Below, piece after piece: positions 1 to 14,037 of a stretch of 64,000 nt of DNA. The stretch is taken from assembly GCF_057098645.1 (NCBI RefSeq), contig NZ_CM169472.1; one strand, 5' to 3'. Made by a program: the position numbers and the translations under genes. The notes beneath the pieces are model-generated. The model saw only the letters and a program-made list of their open reading frames with translations. It had not been told where the DNA came from and searched no databases. Numbering within the stretch: position 1 is the first letter of the stretch; the number at the start of each line of letters is the position of its first letter.

Positions 1-170
1 TAGTGCGCTGGGTTATCGCTCGCCACGGGAATATCTGCGGCAGCGGGCTTGTAATGGGTTAAGTGATAACAGATGTCTGGAAATATAGGGGCAAATCCAT
101 CTACAATTGCGACAAAAACAACGATATTAATCAGTTTATGACTGATTTGTTGTACTTTATTCTCTTTCAT
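1..170 (-). CDS. possible small hydrophobic protein, runs to window edge (start ATG at 170-168; MKENKVQQISHKLINIVVFVAIV...)
   Basis: Own translation of minus strand; GAGGAAG Shine-Dalgarno about 6 nt upstream of ATG; hydrophobic segment; not in supplied ORF track because it reaches the window boundary. Confidence 0.25.
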   Translation of the reverse strand, partial: MKENKVQQISHKLINIVVFVAIVDGFAPIFPDICYHLTHYKPAAADIPVASDNPAH

Positions 171-643
171 TGGTACTTCCTCGCTTTAAAAAAGAGCGCA
201 CTTCGTAAGTGCCCTTATATAAATAACGAGTTTGGTCAACCAATTTTTTGACATGTATCACAAATTTGAATAGATGTATTACATCGGCTATCTTTTATTG
301 CACCAACGTCATTGATATATGTCGCCTGAAGTCAGTTCCGGGAATGAGTCTGATCTCAAGACTGGCCCAGTCCTGGCGTTGATTGGCGCTGAGGAGCATA
401 TCGCATCTCATCATAATGTCGTATCTCCTGGGGTGTTATACAAGATATCGTTGTTGGTAACCTGGGCGAGGAATTGAGCTCTATTAAACCGTCAACTATG
501 CCGGATACATACTGGATTACACTGCAGGCACGCCTTATGAGAGAACGTGCCGCAGTGACGGGTTAATTATCTGAAAGAATTTGTGAGGCTGTATCGGTTA
601 CTCATTGATTTGATAGTTTTACTCTCGGGAGAGTAATAGATAT

Positions 644-1786
644 TTAATCCATTAACGGAAACCAGCCAGTTCCTTTCGATGCCTGAATTTGATCCCATAG
701 TTTATCCGGAATGGTTAATTCAGGAACAAGTTGTGGATTAAGGGTTGTTTGAATTTCATGGCCTCTACCTGATTCAGCTAAAGTCACCCATTCTGGATTT
801 ATCACCAGCCCTTTACCGATTGCAACAAGTGGCAGGCCAGTGGAAATTGCTTCTTGAGCCTGAGACGGTGTGCGTATTTTACCTGCAGCGATTACCGGCA
901 CTCTGCCTGCAATATGATTTAAAATCAATTCAATAGTTCGGGGGCCATTTGGCGACTCAACAGGGTAGCTATCGTTAATACTGACCAGCGAGGTATGTAT
1001 ATACGAAATACCGGATGAAATGAGCCGATCAAGGAGTTTATAAGTATCCTCTATCCGCAGCCCCCCTGTTGCAGATTCTTCAGGAGATATTCTGTAACCG
1101 ATGGCAAAGGGCTTTGTCGCATATTCATAGACTACATTTTTTACTTCCTGTAATACGGCCAGCGGGAAGCGCATACGTCCTTCGAGATCTCCTCCCCATC
1201 GGTCATTACGCTGGTTAAATAGAGGGGAGAAGAAATTCTGTAGAAGGAATCCGTGCGCACCATGAAGTTCAATGCCATCAAAACCTGCTTTAATCGCCCT
1301 TTTTGTGACATCTCCGAATGCTCTAATGGTTTCCTGAATTTCGTTTTCAGTCATTTCCCTGCTTTGTACCACTCTCTTCATAAAGTCACCAGATTTTACG
1401 CTTGATGCGCTGGCACTAATAACATCGTTATTTGGTACAAGCTCCGGGATGGCTTTATTACCGGCGTGGAAAACCTGCAAAATAGCCGGAGCACCCCCAC
1501 TTTTGGCTGCCGCTGCTAACTTTTCAAGGCTGTTAATGAAACGGTCGTCATACGCGGCAAATTCATGAGTAAACCCAATGCCGCTTGGCGTGACATAGGT
1601 ACATCCTGTTATTACTAAACCAACATTTTGTGAGCGACGTTTATAAAATTCGAGTTCTTGCTCAGAGATGGTTCCATCAGGATTCGCTGACCAGGTCGTC
1701 ATAGGAGCCATAACGATACGATTACGTAGCTTTATTTTTTCTGTCAGCATAAAAGGAGAAAACAATGATGGGTGTTTATTTGTCAT
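644..1786 (-). CDS. NADH:flavin oxidoreductase, Old Yellow Enzyme family (380 aa)
   Basis: TIM-barrel OYE hallmarks in translation (MAPMTTW N-terminus, HGAHGFLL motif); GAGG RBS upstream of ATG. Confidence 0.8.
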   Translation of the reverse strand: MTNKHPSLFSPFMLTEKIKLRNRIVMAPMTTWSANPDGTISEQELEFYKRRSQNVGLVITGCTYVTPSGIGFTHEFAAYDDRFINSLEKLAAAAKSGGAPAILQVFHAGNKAIPELVPNNDVISASASSVKSGDFMKRVVQSREMTENEIQETIRAFGDVTKRAIKAGFDGIELHGAHGFLLQNFFSPLFNQRNDRWGGDLEGRMRFPLAVLQEVKNVVYEYATKPFAIGYRISPEESATGGLRIEDTYKLLDRLISSGISYIHTSLVSINDSYPVESPNGPRTIELILNHIAGRVPVIAAGKIRTPSQAQEAISTGLPLVAIGKGLVINPEWVTLAESGRGHEIQTTLNPQLVPELTIPDKLWDQIQASKGTGWFPLMD

Positions 1787-2029
1787 AACAATACCTCAAA
1801 TGTTTATCTGATTTTGATGCGTATGTTTTAACTGGTTAGTTGTTGCCAGCTTTGGAACCAAGAGTTCTGGCTTTATTTATAATCCCTTTAAAGGGTTTCT
1901 AATAATCTTAATAATTGAGTTGCTGCTTTTTTGTTTTTTAATGAAATTTCTTTTTGAGTAATTTTATTATTGTTGTGTAGTCAATAAAGGATAAATGTCA
2001 GGGAGATAAGGGATCTCCCTGTAAAATTA

Positions 2030-2950
2030 TTACAAATGTGTTTTATAAAAAGGAATTAATTTATCGAGTGCCTGTTTCACAGGTTCTGGCTTATCATACA
2101 GGTCGTAATGTGAATAACCTTCAACCACGACCAGCTCTTTATGTTTTGAGGCAGCGCGGCCAATAATTTCGCAGCCGTCACGGTAGGCACCAAATGCGCC
2201 CACTCTATCGCCCACCACAACCATTATTGGTTGAGTTAACAGGACTTCTGCAAGATGAAATGCATCCCAACCCACGGCAACAGTCTGATGTGAGAATAGC
2301 GAACGATTTACCCCATTAGGTGCACAGCCTCGTGGCGAACGATAATATTCTGTGGCTTCAAAAAGGTCTATTTCTGTTAATCCCGCTTCAAGAGCTGCAT
2401 CCGGAGAAGAGGGGAGTAAATCATCTACGCGAAGTTTTGCGCCGTTAGCTTCGTCTGTTCTTTGTTGCGCCATTGCTTCGAGTGCTCCGATAGGATTAAA
2501 CGCTGTAAATCCCTCACGCATAAGACGCCCGTAGTTTGCACCCGTGACAGTACCAATAGCTTTAATTCGACGTTCTGTCATTGCGGCATTAATGGCATAT
2601 CCACCTCCACCACAAATACCCAGTACACCAATACGCCCGGCATCAACGTAAGGTAAGCTGGTAAGGTAATCAACGACAATGCTGAAGTCTTTTACTCGCA
2701 TTGTTGGATCTTCCAGATAACGCGGTTCCCCACCGCTGCTTCCCTGAAAACTGGCATCAAAAGCAATGACGATAAAGCCAGCTTTTGCCAGGGCGGCACC
2801 ATACACACTACCCGATGTCTGTTCTTTGCAGCTTCCAATTGGATGGGCGCTGATAATGGCAGGATACTTTTTTTCACTATTAAAATCGTCAGGGAAATAG
2901 ATATCAGCAGCTATATCCCAGTAAGTGTGTTTTATCGAAACAGTTTGCAT
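2030..2950 (-). CDS. alpha/beta hydrolase, dienelactone-hydrolase-like with Cys nucleophile (306 aa)
   Basis: GICGGGG nucleophile elbow (G-x-C-x-G) typical of Cys-type dienelactone hydrolases; GGAG RBS. Confidence 0.7.
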   Translation of the reverse strand: MQTVSIKHTYWDIAADIYFPDDFNSEKKYPAIISAHPIGSCKEQTSGSVYGAALAKAGFIVIAFDASFQGSSGGEPRYLEDPTMRVKDFSIVVDYLTSLPYVDAGRIGVLGICGGGGYAINAAMTERRIKAIGTVTGANYGRLMREGFTAFNPIGALEAMAQQRTDEANGAKLRVDDLLPSSPDAALEAGLTEIDLFEATEYYRSPRGCAPNGVNRSLFSHQTVAVGWDAFHLAEVLLTQPIMVVVGDRVGAFGAYRDGCEIIGRAASKHKELVVVEGYSHYDLYDKPEPVKQALDKLIPFYKTHL

Positions 2951-3106
2951 TTCAAGCTCCGGGGATTTGCCTAAACAGATTTAAATATCATTTCTATTAT
3001 CCGCAACTGGCATTCGTGTTCATATCGAGAACGGCGTAATAGTATGACTTGTATTGGTTATCATCAATGGTCTAATATCTATCACAGTGTTAAGTTAAGG
3101 TTTACA

Positions 3107-4033
3107 ATGATGAAAATAGAGCCTTCAATTTTGCCTTCTCTTGCCTGGTTTGCGCTGATTGTTCGTGCCGGCAGTTTTTCCAGAGCCGCTTCTGAAATGG
3201 GTATTACGCGGGCCGCATTGTCTCAGAATTTAAAATCTCTTGAGGAACGTCTTAACACCAAGCTGATATACCGTACGACCCGCAATATGTCGCTTACTGA
3301 GGAAGGACAGCGTCTGTATGAAGTGCTGGTGTCGGCTTTGGGGCAAATTGATGATGTTTTGAAAGATGTTGGTGATACCCAACTTGAACCTACAGGCCTG
3401 TTGAGAATAAATTCCTCCCGTGTTGCAGCACGGATGCTTGTTGAGCCTCATATTGGCGAGTTTCTTACTCGTTACCCCAAAACAAAGATAGAACTCATTA
3501 TGGATGACGGTTTATCTAACATTATTGCGGACGGCTGTGATGTGGGCATACGTCTTGAGCAAGGACTGGATGAGCATATGACTGCCGTTCCTGTTTCTCC
3601 GCTTATTAAACTGGTTACTGTGGCATCGCCAGATTATTTAAAAGAACACGGTATTCCTGAAACGCCTCAGGAACTGAGTAACCATAATTGCCTTCGGTTG
3701 CGGCATAAAAGTAGCGGTGCACTCTCTGCATGGGAGTTTTCTAATGTTGTGGGGGGTAATGAAGAGTTCGAAATAGAGGTTTCAGGTAAGTATATTTCTA
3801 ATGATGACGAAAGCATGATACGAATGGCGCTGAATGGAACGGGTATCATTCAACATCTGGATTTTGCAATCGCTGAACATATCAATGCGGGCAAGTTACA
3901 GCCGATTCTTGAGGATTGGGCTGTTTCATTTCCTGGATTTTATATTTATGTTTCATCACGGGTGAGAATGCCCTCTAAAGTTCGTGCTTTTATTGATTTT
4001 ATGGTGGAGAAAAGAGTAAAAATAGAAAGTTAA
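3107..4033 (+). CDS. LysR-family transcriptional regulator
   Basis: N-terminal HTH (FSRAASEMGITRAALSQNLKSLEERL) and LysR substrate-binding region; start moved to MMK (3107) from track start 3044 to fit LysR N-terminus and AAGG RBS. Confidence 0.8.
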   Translation: MMKIEPSILPSLAWFALIVRAGSFSRAASEMGITRAALSQNLKSLEERLNTKLIYRTTRNMSLTEEGQRLYEVLVSALGQIDDVLKDVGDTQLEPTGLLRINSSRVAARMLVEPHIGEFLTRYPKTKIELIMDDGLSNIIADGCDVGIRLEQGLDEHMTAVPVSPLIKLVTVASPDYLKEHGIPETPQELSNHNCLRLRHKSSGALSAWEFSNVVGGNEEFEIEVSGKYISNDDESMIRMALNGTGIIQHLDFAIAEHINAGKLQPILEDWAVSFPGFYIYVSSRVRMPSKVRAFIDFMVEKRVKIES

Positions 4034-4173
4034 TGTTGTGTGTCAGAATATCGGTAAGAAGAATGGCGCAATCGTGAGGATACGTTTATTCATAATAAAT
4101 CTCCTGAAAGTTTAGAATTATTTTCGATACAGCCAGATTATCATTGTTACTAATAATGTGGCTAAAATAATAG

Positions 4174-7041
<2,868 letters not shown>

Positions 7042-7500
7042 TTATCGTTCATGAGAAGCATAACGTAAAGAGAAGAGCTCGATTAGACGGCAGGATTTGT
7101 CAGGGGTTATGAACGAAATTCATAAATCTGTTTGAGTGTTGAGATGAGTAGTACAAGTTCGATATCCCCGCAATTTACAGTCCGATAAAGGAAAATGAAT
7201 ATTCATAAAAAATATATCGGTTTATCCTGGCGTATATACCTACTTCGACGTATTTCCAATAGTTGTTAATTAAAGGTAGGCCATTATTATTCACTCTGAA
7301 TAATGAATTATTCACTGTCCGCAGAGTAAAAAATATAACTTAGGTATCTATTTAATGACTTGCACAAAAAGCTAAATTTTCACCCATAAATAAAAATATA
7401 ATCCCGCGCCCAACCACCTGATGAGTGGCTACAGGCACTGGATATATTAGGTGGCGGTGTACTTTCTTACATAAAGGTATTTCCTTTTCTGCGGAAAAGG

Positions 7501-7525
7501 AAACCGGGAAATCCCCGGTTTTTCT
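7501..7525 (+). promoter_or_regulatory. stem-loop plus T-tract in fdeC 5' leader (aaaccggg-aaatc-cccggttt-tttc)
   Basis: Inverted repeat read directly; about 70 nt upstream of fdeC start; adjacent second small hairpin at 7483-7500. Confidence 0.35.
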
Positions 7526-7591
7526 GACAAGCAGACGCCATTATTTGTGTCTGCCTATGTTCGTTAATTCGTTCATCAGGAAATTATCTCA

Positions 7592-10500
7592 ATGTCACGT
7601 TATAAAACAGGTCATAAACAACCACGATTTCGTTATTCAGTTCTGGCCCGCTGCGTGGCGTGGGCAAATATCTCTGTTCAGGTTCTTTTTCCACTCGCAG
7701 TCACTTTTACCCCAGTAATGGCGGCACGTGCGCAGCATGCGGTTCAGCCACGGTTGAGCATGGGAAATACTACGGTAACTGCTGATAATAACGTGGAGAA
7801 AAATGTCGCGTCGTTTGCCGCAAATGCCGGGACATTTTTAAGCAGTCAGCCAGATAGCGATGCGACACGTAATTTTATTACCGGAATGGCCACCGCTAAA
7901 GCTAACCAGGAAATACAGGAGTGGCTCGGGAAATATGGTACAGCGCGCGTCAAACTGAATGTCGATAAAGATTTCTCGCTGAAGGATTCTTCGCTGGAAA
8001 TGCTTTATCCGATTTATGATACGCCGACAAATATGTTATTCACTCAGGGGGCAATACATCGTACAGACGATCGTACTCAGTCAAATATTGGTTTTGGCTG
8101 GCGTCATTTTTCAGGAAATGACTGGATGGCGGGGGTGAACACCTTTATCGACCATGATTTATCCCGTAGTCATACCCGCATTGGTGTTGGTGCGGAATAC
8201 TGGCGTGATTATTTGAAACTGAGCGCCAATGGTTATATCCGGGCTTCTGGCTGGAAAAAATCGCCGGATGTTGAGGATTATCAGGAACGCCCGGCGAATG
8301 GCTGGGATATTCGTGCTGAGGGCTATTTACCCGCCTGGCCGCAGCTTGGCGCAAGCCTGATGTATGAGCAGTATTATGGCGATGAAGTCGGGCTGTTTGG
8401 CAAAGATAAACGCCAGAAAGATCCACATGCGATTACCGCTGAAGTGAATTACACGCCAGTACCTCTTCTGACCCTGAGTGCCGGGCATAAGCAGGGCAAG
8501 AGTGGTGAGAATGACACTCGCTTTGGCCTGGAAGTTAATTATCGGATTGGCGAACCTCTGCAAAAACAACTCGATACAGACAGCATTCGCGAGCGTCGGG
8601 TACTGGCAGGCAGCCGCTATGACCTGGTTGAGCGTAATAACAACATCGTTCTTGAGTACCGCAAATCTGAAGTGATCCGTATTGCTCTGCCTGAGCGTAT
8701 TGAAGGTAAGGGCGGTCAGACACTTTCCCTGGGGCTTGTGGTCAGCAAAGCAACTCACGGACTGAAAAATGTGCAGTGGGAAGCGCCGTCATTACTGGCT
8801 GAAGGTGGCAAAATTACCGGTCAGGGTAGTCAGTGGCAAGTAACGCTCCCGGCTTATCGTCCAGGCAAAGACAATTATTATGCGATTTCTGCGGTTGCCT
8901 ACGATAACAAAGGCAATACCTCAAAACGCGTGCAGACAGAGGTGGTCATTACCGGAGCTGGTATGAGCGCCGATCGCACGGCGTTAACGCTTGACGGTCA
9001 GAGCCGTATTCAAATGCTTGCTAACGGTAATGAGCAAAAACCGCTGGTGCTGTCTCTGCGCGACGCCGAGGGCCAGCCAGTCACGGGCATGAAAGATCAG
9101 ATCAAGACTGAACTAGCCTTCAAACCGGCTGGAAATATTGTGACTCGTTCCCTGAAGGCCACTAAATCACAGGCAAAGCCAACACTGGGTGAGTTCACCG
9201 AAACTGAAGCAGGGGTGTATCAGTCTGTCTTTACTACCGGAACGCAGTCAGGTGAGGCAACGATTACTGTTAGCGTTGATGGCATGAGCAAAACCGTCAC
9301 TGCAGAACTGCGGGCCACGATGATGGATGTGGCAAATTCCACCCTGAGCGCTAACGAGCCGTCAGGTGACGTGGTTGCTGATGGTCAGCAAGCCTATACG
9401 TTGACGTTGATTGCGGTGGACTCCGAGGGTAATCCGGTGACGGGAGAAGCCAGCCGCTTGCGATTTGTTCCGCAAGACACTAATGGTGTAACCGTTGGTG
9501 CCATTTCGGAAATAAAACCAGGCGTTTACAGCGCCACGGTTTCTTCAACCCGTGCCGGAAACGTTGTTGTGCGTGCTTTCAGCGAGCAGTATCAGCTGGG
9601 CACATTACAACAAACGCTGAAGTTTGTTGCCGGGCCGCTTGATGCAGCACATTCGTCCATCACCCTGAATCCTGATAAACCGGTGGTTGGGGGTACAGTT
9701 ACGGCAATCTGGACGGTAAAAGATGCCTATGACAACCCTGTGACCAGCCTCACGCCGGAAGCGCCGTCATTAGCGGGTGCCGCTGCTGAAGGTTCTACGG
9801 CATCGGGCTGGACAAATAATGGTGATGGGACGTGGACTGCGCAGATTACTCTCGGCTCTACGGCGGGTGAATTAGAAGTTATGCCGAAGCTAAATGGACA
9901 GAATGCGGCAGCAAATGCGGCAAAAGTAACCGTGGTGGCTGATGCGTTATCTTCAAACCAGTCGAAAGTCTCTGTCGCAGAAGATCACGTAAAAGCCGGC
10001 GAAAGCACAACCGTGACGCTGGTGGCGAAAGATGCGCATGGCAACGCTATCAGTGGTCTTTCGTTGTCGGCAAGTTTGACGGGGACCGCCTCTGAAGGGG
10101 CGACCGTTTCCAGTTGGACCGAAAAAGGTGACGGTTCCTATGTTGCTACGTTGACTACAGGCGGAAAGACGGGCGAGCTTCGTGTCATGCCGCTCTTCAA
10201 CGGCCAGCCAGCCGCCACCGAAGCCGCGCAGTTGACGGTCATCGCCGGAGAGATGTCATCAGCGAACTCTACGCTTGTTGCGGACAATAAGGCTCCGACC
10301 GTCAAAACGACGACGGAACTCACCTTCACCGTGAAGGATGCGTACGGGAACCCGGTCACCGGGCTGAAGCCAGATGCACCAGTGTTTAGCGGTGCCGCCA
10401 GCACGGGGAGTGAGCGTCCTTCAGCAGGAAACTGGACAGAGAAAGGTAATGGGGTCTACGTGGCGACCTTAACGCTGGGATCTGCCGCGGGTCAGTTGTC

Positions 10501-11845
10501 TGTGATGCCGCGAGTGAACGGCCAAAATGCCGTTGCTCAGCCACTGGTGCTGAATGTTGCTGGTGACGCATCTAAGGCTGAGATTCGTGATATGACAGTG
10601 AAGGTTAATAACCAACTGGCTAATGGACAGTCTGCTAACCAGATAACCCTGACCGTCGTGGACAGCTATGGTAACCCGTTGCAGGGGCAAGAAGTTACGC
10701 TGACTTTACCGCAGGGTGTGACCAGCAAGACGGGGAATACAGTAACAACCAATGCGGCAGGGAAAGTGGACATTGAGCTTATGTCAACGGTTGCGGGAGA
10801 ACACAATATTTCCGCTTCGGTGAATGGTGCTCAGAAGACGGTCACGGTGAAATTCAACGCGGATGCCAGCACCGGTCAGGCAAACCTGCAGGTAGACACC
10901 GCCGTTCAAAAAGTGGCAAACGGCAAAGATGCCTTTACGCTGACGGCGACCGTTGAGGATAAAAATGGTAACCCTGTTCCAGGGAGCCTGGTGACCTTTA
11001 ATCTGCCCCGGGGTGTCAAGCCGCTTACAGGCGATAATGTCTGGGTGAAAGCCAACGATGAGGGGAAAGCAGAGTTGCAGGTGGTTTCAGTGACTGCCGG
11101 AACGTATGAGATCACGGCATCGGCAGGGAATAGCCAGCCTTCGAATACGCAGACTATAACGTTTGTAGCCGATAAGGCTACCGCAACCGTCTCCGGTATT
11201 GAGGTGATTGGCAACTATGCGCTGGCGGACGGCAAAGCCAAACAAACGTATAAAGTTACGGTGACTGATGCCAATAACAACCTGTTGAAAGATAGCGAAG
11301 TGACGCTGACTGCCAGCCCGGCTTCGTTAAACCTGGAACCGAATGGCACTGCGACAACGAATGAGCAAGGGCAGGCTATTTTCACCGCTACCACTACTGT
11401 TGCGGCGACATACACACTCAAGGCGCAAGTGAGTCAGAACAATGGTCAGGTATCAACGAAAACTGCCGAATCTAAATTCGTTGCGGATGATAAAAACGCG
11501 GTACTCACCGCATCATCTGATATGCAATCTCTGGTGGCGGATGGGAAATCGACTGCGAAGCTGGAGGTGACACTGATGTCGGCAAACAACCCCGTTGGGG
11601 GGAATATGTGGGTCGACATTCAGACGCCGGAAGGGGTGACGGAGAAGGATTATCAGTTCCTGCCGTCGAAAAATGACCATTTCGTGAGCGGAAAAATCAC
11701 GCGTAAATTTAGTACCAGCAAGCCTGGTGTCTATACGTTCACATTTAACGCCCTGACGTATGGCGGGTACGAAATGAAGCCAGTGACGGTGACCATTACC
11801 GCGGTGGATGCCGATACGGCAACGGGCGAGGAGACGATGAAATAA
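7592..11845 (+). CDS. fdeC: intimin/invasin-family adhesin FdeC (EaeH), full length 1417 aa
   Basis: Single uninterrupted ORF; N-terminal intimin-like beta-barrel region followed by long Thr/Val/Gly-rich repetitive Ig-like passenger; K-12 carries only a truncated eaeH at this locus (from memory). Confidence 0.9.
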   Translation: MSRYKTGHKQPRFRYSVLARCVAWANISVQVLFPLAVTFTPVMAARAQHAVQPRLSMGNTTVTADNNVEKNVASFAANAGTFLSSQPDSDATRNFITGMATAKANQEIQEWLGKYGTARVKLNVDKDFSLKDSSLEMLYPIYDTPTNMLFTQGAIHRTDDRTQSNIGFGWRHFSGNDWMAGVNTFIDHDLSRSHTRIGVGAEYWRDYLKLSANGYIRASGWKKSPDVEDYQERPANGWDIRAEGYLPAWPQLGASLMYEQYYGDEVGLFGKDKRQKDPHAITAEVNYTPVPLLTLSAGHKQGKSGENDTRFGLEVNYRIGEPLQKQLDTDSIRERRVLAGSRYDLVERNNNIVLEYRKSEVIRIALPERIEGKGGQTLSLGLVVSKATHGLKNVQWEAPSLLAEGGKITGQGSQWQVTLPAYRPGKDNYYAISAVAYDNKGNTSKRVQTEVVITGAGMSADRTALTLDGQSRIQMLANGNEQKPLVLSLRDAEGQPVTGMKDQIKTELAFKPAGNIVTRSLKATKSQAKPTLGEFTETEAGVYQSVFTTGTQSGEATITVSVDGMSKTVTAELRATMMDVANSTLSANEPSGDVVADGQQAYTLTLIAVDSEGNPVTGEASRLRFVPQDTNGVTVGAISEIKPGVYSATVSSTRAGNVVVRAFSEQYQLGTLQQTLKFVAGPLDAAHSSITLNPDKPVVGGTVTAIWTVKDAYDNPVTSLTPEAPSLAGAAAEGSTASGWTNNGDGTWTAQITLGSTAGELEVMPKLNGQNAAANAAKVTVVADALSSNQSKVSVAEDHVKAGESTTVTLVAKDAHGNAISGLSLSASLTGTASEGATVSSWTEKGDGSYVATLTTGGKTGELRVMPLFNGQPAATEAAQLTVIAGEMSSANSTLVADNKAPTVKTTTELTFTVKDAYGNPVTGLKPDAPVFSGAASTGSERPSAGNWTEKGNGVYVATLTLGSAAGQLSVMPRVNGQNAVAQPLVLNVAGDASKAEIRDMTVKVNNQLANGQSANQITLTVVDSYGNPLQGQEVTLTLPQGVTSKTGNTVTTNAAGKVDIELMSTVAGEHNISASVNGAQKTVTVKFNADASTGQANLQVDTAVQKVANGKDAFTLTATVEDKNGNPVPGSLVTFNLPRGVKPLTGDNVWVKANDEGKAELQVVSVTAGTYEITASAGNSQPSNTQTITFVADKATATVSGIEVIGNYALADGKAKQTYKVTVTDANNNLLKDSEVTLTASPASLNLEPNGTATTNEQGQAIFTATTTVAATYTLKAQVSQNNGQVSTKTAESKFVADDKNAVLTASSDMQSLVADGKSTAKLEVTLMSANNPVGGNMWVDIQTPEGVTEKDYQFLPSKNDHFVSGKITRKFSTSKPGVYTFTFNALTYGGYEMKPVTVTITAVDADTATGEETMK

Positions 11846-11880
11846 TATTAAGAATATGAAGTAACATTCTAATAAACAAT

Positions 11881-11914
11881 AATGGCGTTGACATCTTCAA
11901 CGCCATTATTTATT
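11881..11914. terminator. rho-independent terminator between convergent fdeC and ykgA-like gene
   Basis: aatggcgttg / caacgccatt 10-bp stem, 7-nt loop, followed by atttatt. Confidence 0.6.
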
Positions 11915-11964
11915 GAATTGCCTGACAGTAGTCTCGTTATAAGTTCATTTAGATATAGCGACAG

Positions 11965-12822
11965 CTAAACCGGACGAACGGGGATAAAAATTTCGCAAAC
12001 AATGTTATTGCTATCAATTTCGACGAAGTTTTCATTGTAATAAAACCGCTCAATATCACTGCCGTTCACTCTGGCTAACCCCCTGGCGGGTAATTCCATC
12101 AGATAGAGGTTTCGCGCCCATTCAGGGTAGTGCTCCCACTCACCTTCATAGCGGAAAGAGGCATACAGTCCTCGGTTAATTGTCCACTCTTTCGGCATCT
12201 CTGAATCGGTTTGTTTGCATACCGTACCGGCAAAAGTTTCAACCGTGAGCAAATCGACCGATTTTGTTGACGGTTCAAACGTGGAGACGAAATAGATATC
12301 CGTCTTAAAATTATTCATACATCTGGCTAAATGATGACGTCGCAGTTTTACTTCTTCATCCGGTGATTTATTCGACACTTCAATATCATATTTAAATGAA
12401 TTGCCAAAAATAGGTGTCTCAGGAAAGTTGACTAATCTACACTCCGTCTTTTGCTGTTGACGTATTAAAAAAGAAGGGTAGATATTTGCGAGATCCCAAT
12501 AATCACGGTGGCGGTATACACGGGGAGAGCAGCCGAATAACTTTTTAAATTCGCGGCTGAATGACTGCTGTGAATCAAAATGCAAAGAGAGTGCAATATC
12601 AAGCATAGATTTCGCGGTGAGCCGGACAAGAATGGCGGCACGACAAAGCCTTCGTTTGCGAATGTATTCTCCCAAAGGCACATGCATGAAATTTCGGAAC
12701 AGAAGCTGGATGTTGCGTCTGCTGTAGCCAGATTTCTGTGCGATATCTTCGATTGAAATAGGGTGCTCAAGATTGCACTCAATCCACTCCAGGAGCTGCT
12801 GTAGAATCTTCTGCCTGATCAT
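11965..12822 (-). CDS. ykgA: AraC/XylS-family regulator with C-terminal GyrI-like effector domain (Rob-like), ykgA-like
   Basis: N-terminal double HTH (IEDIAQKSGYSRRNIQLLFRNF...) aligns to Rob N-terminus; start placed at MIRQKILQQLLEWIE with GGAG RBS rather than track start 12855. Confidence 0.75.
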   Translation of the reverse strand: MIRQKILQQLLEWIECNLEHPISIEDIAQKSGYSRRNIQLLFRNFMHVPLGEYIRKRRLCRAAILVRLTAKSMLDIALSLHFDSQQSFSREFKKLFGCSPRVYRHRDYWDLANIYPSFLIRQQQKTECRLVNFPETPIFGNSFKYDIEVSNKSPDEEVKLRRHHLARCMNNFKTDIYFVSTFEPSTKSVDLLTVETFAGTVCKQTDSEMPKEWTINRGLYASFRYEGEWEHYPEWARNLYLMELPARGLARVNGSDIERFYYNENFVEIDSNNIVCEIFIPVRPV

Positions 12823-13079
12823 CACATTCTCCGTTAATTCTTTGTCATATCGCACATTTTCGTTATGCCCTGGGCCCTAAGTGTATCAAAAACAGCAAGG
12901 GCGAAGGCAAAAGCACTGGTAGCGTCTGCTTCGTTGTCCCCGAAAATAGAGAGGTTTCAGTCCTACATTATTAATGAATTTTTTGCATAAGTGATATCAA
13001 AATCCACATACTAATTTGAGGTTACGTTTTAACGTAGACTCATTGTTCATGCCTAATGTGCCTAATGGAGGGACTGACA

Positions 13080-13949
13080 GTGGAATTTTCCGTATTAAGT
13101 AACAATCTGAAAATGCCGATGATGGGATTTGGTGTTTTTCAGGTTACCGATAAAAACGTGTGTAAACAGTCAGTGTTGAACGCTATCCGCACGGGTTATC
13201 GACTCATCGACACTGCAGCGGTATACGGTAATGAAGATGCTGTCGGTGAAGCCGTTCGTGAAGCCATATCCGAAGGTTTATGTACCCGAGAAGAGTTATT
13301 TATAACGTCTAAATTGTGGGTGCAGGATATGTTGAATCAGGATACGGCAGCAGCAGGTATTGAAGCATCATTAAAAAAATCGGGACTAGAATATTTCGAC
13401 CTCTATTTATTGCATCAGGCTATGCGCGATTATTTCAGTGCGTGGCGTGCACTCGAAGATGCCTATGAAGAGGGCAAATTAAAAGCGATTGGGGTTTCCA
13501 ATTTCTATCCTCATGTTCTGGCGAACTTTTGTGAAACGGTAAGAGTTAAACCGATGGTCGACCAGGTCGAGTTGCATCCCTATTTTGCCCAACCAGAGGC
13601 GCTGGCAACCATGAAGTATTATAACGTGCAGCCTGAAGCATGGGCTCCGTTAGGTGGTGGACGACATAAACCCTTTGAAAATAATCTGCTTCAGAGTATT
13701 GCAGATGCCCATCAAAAATCGATTTCTCAAGTCATTCTGCGTTGGAATATTCAACGGGGAGTGGTCGTTATTCCGAAATCGACACATCAACAGCGTATCG
13801 AAGAAAATTTTGCTATCTGGGATTTCTCACTGACAGAGAAAGAAATGGCACAAATTAGTTCGCTTGATTTGGGTTATGTTGGGGAGTCGGTAAAACATTT
13901 TAATCCTGAATTTGTTCGTGGTTGTCTTGCTGTAAAAATACATGATTGA
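13080..13949 (+). CDS. aldo-keto reductase (intact counterpart of K-12 ykgQ region, tentative)
   Basis: MPMMGFGVFQ, LIDTAAVYGNE, SKLW motifs; in-frame GTG at 13080 preceded by GGAGGG RBS preferred over track ATG 13056. Confidence 0.8.
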   Translation: MEFSVLSNNLKMPMMGFGVFQVTDKNVCKQSVLNAIRTGYRLIDTAAVYGNEDAVGEAVREAISEGLCTREELFITSKLWVQDMLNQDTAAAGIEASLKKSGLEYFDLYLLHQAMRDYFSAWRALEDAYEEGKLKAIGVSNFYPHVLANFCETVRVKPMVDQVELHPYFAQPEALATMKYYNVQPEAWAPLGGGRHKPFENNLLQSIADAHQKSISQVILRWNIQRGVVVIPKSTHQQRIEENFAIWDFSLTEKEMAQISSLDLGYVGESVKHFNPEFVRGCLAVKIHD

Positions 13950-14037
13950 TATTAATCATGTATTTTACCTGAGACGACAAGAATCTTTTAACAGGGGAGT
14001 GATATTGATCTTCACTCTGTCATATCTCCGGTAATAT

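Noticed and set aside
7425-11421. Several ORFs overlapping fdeC on either strand (7425..7718, 8145..8426, 8327..8758, 10138..10404, 10906..11214, 11215..11421)
   Set aside because: Embedded in or antisense to a long, well-supported adhesin gene; no RBS; low-complexity translations typical of alternate frames of repetitive sequence.
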